35,230 bases of DNA from a virus (Duplodnaviria > Caudoviricetes), in the IMG/VR virus record IMGVR_UViG_3300037692_000627, positions 1-35,230 of that record; one strand, written 5' to 3'. The notes under the pieces are model-generated. The model was not told where the DNA came from, ran no database searches, and saw nothing but the letters and a program-made list of their open reading frames with translations. Made by a program: the position numbers and the translations under genes. Shown here piece after piece: positions 34,900 through 35,230 of this stretch; position 1 is the stretch's first letter; each line of letters begins with the position of its first letter.

Positions 34900-35230
34900 G
34901 TTTCCAGATCCTCCATATCTCGGGGGCGATGTAGCTGTCCTTGGCTACGGTGCGGGTGTTGCCGAGTTTTTTGGCTACGGCGTCGCAAACGGCCAGGACC
35001 GCTTTCTTGGCGTCCCGGGCGTTCAACGGCTCCGGCATCTTTTCCATAACCCGTAGGGCTTCTTCGTTGGCTACGAAGGTCCGGAAGTCCTTGGGGGTGA
35101 ACTTACCCTCGGAGAGTTCGGCCATGTAGGCTCGGACGGCGGTGTCGTTGGTATCAAACAGCGAGCCGGTTTTCTTCTTGCTGACCATGGCGGCGATCTT
35201 CTTGTCGCGGATGACGTGGGTGATGGCGAC
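34889..35230 (-). CDS. DNA topoisomerase IB catalytic domain (3' part; gene starts beyond the window)
   Basis: FTPKDFRT (catalytic Arg) and VAKKLGNT..VAK.SYI.P (Asn and catalytic Tyr). The frame stays open to the window edge. Confidence 0.85.
   Translation of the reverse strand, partial: VAITHVIRDKKIAAMVSKKKTGSLFDTNDTAVRAYMAELSEGKFTPKDFRTFVANEEALRVMEKMPEPLNARDAKKAVLAVCDAVAKKLGNTRTVAKDSYIAPEIWRIWKHAA

Noticed and set aside
34889-35230. Tyrosine recombinase that could serve as the cassette integrase
   Set aside because: The KDFRT and LGNT...SY motifs match topoisomerase IB rather than the HxLRH and LGH motifs of IntI/Xer enzymes.

Overview
A 35 kb, GC-rich segment of a contractile-tailed (myovirus-type) phage or prophage. 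The left arm (+ strand, 1-7536) carries DNA recombination and degradation genes: a gp3-like protein, a 3'-5' exonuclease, an HNH endonuclease, SbcD and SbcC. It ends at a bidirectional terminator. The long - strand block (7604-32342) is a virion morphogenesis and lysis operon with SPO1/Twort-like gene order: prohead protease, scaffold, major capsid, neck, sheath, tube, chaperones, tape measure, baseplate, fibres, DUF5675, holin and a permuted NlpC/P60 enzyme. A three-gene + strand island and head-region genes (DUF5661, a partial topoisomerase IB) fill the right end. The most striking signal is the end of an integron-type cassette array inside the phage at 1-503. It has a VCR-like attC, a precisely bounded 326-bp cassette and an attI-like anchor hairpin, its ORFs lie opposite to the usual cassette orientation, and no integrase is adjacent. 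Other signals are a five-copy CAGTTT-N7-RATCTTTT plus hairpin element upstream of + strand genes, an HNH insertion that left a relic SbcD start, a probable +1 frameshift in the tail chaperone, and a HemP-like micro-ORF with a structured leader ahead of the capsid genes. All family calls come from motif recognition by eye; no searches were run.
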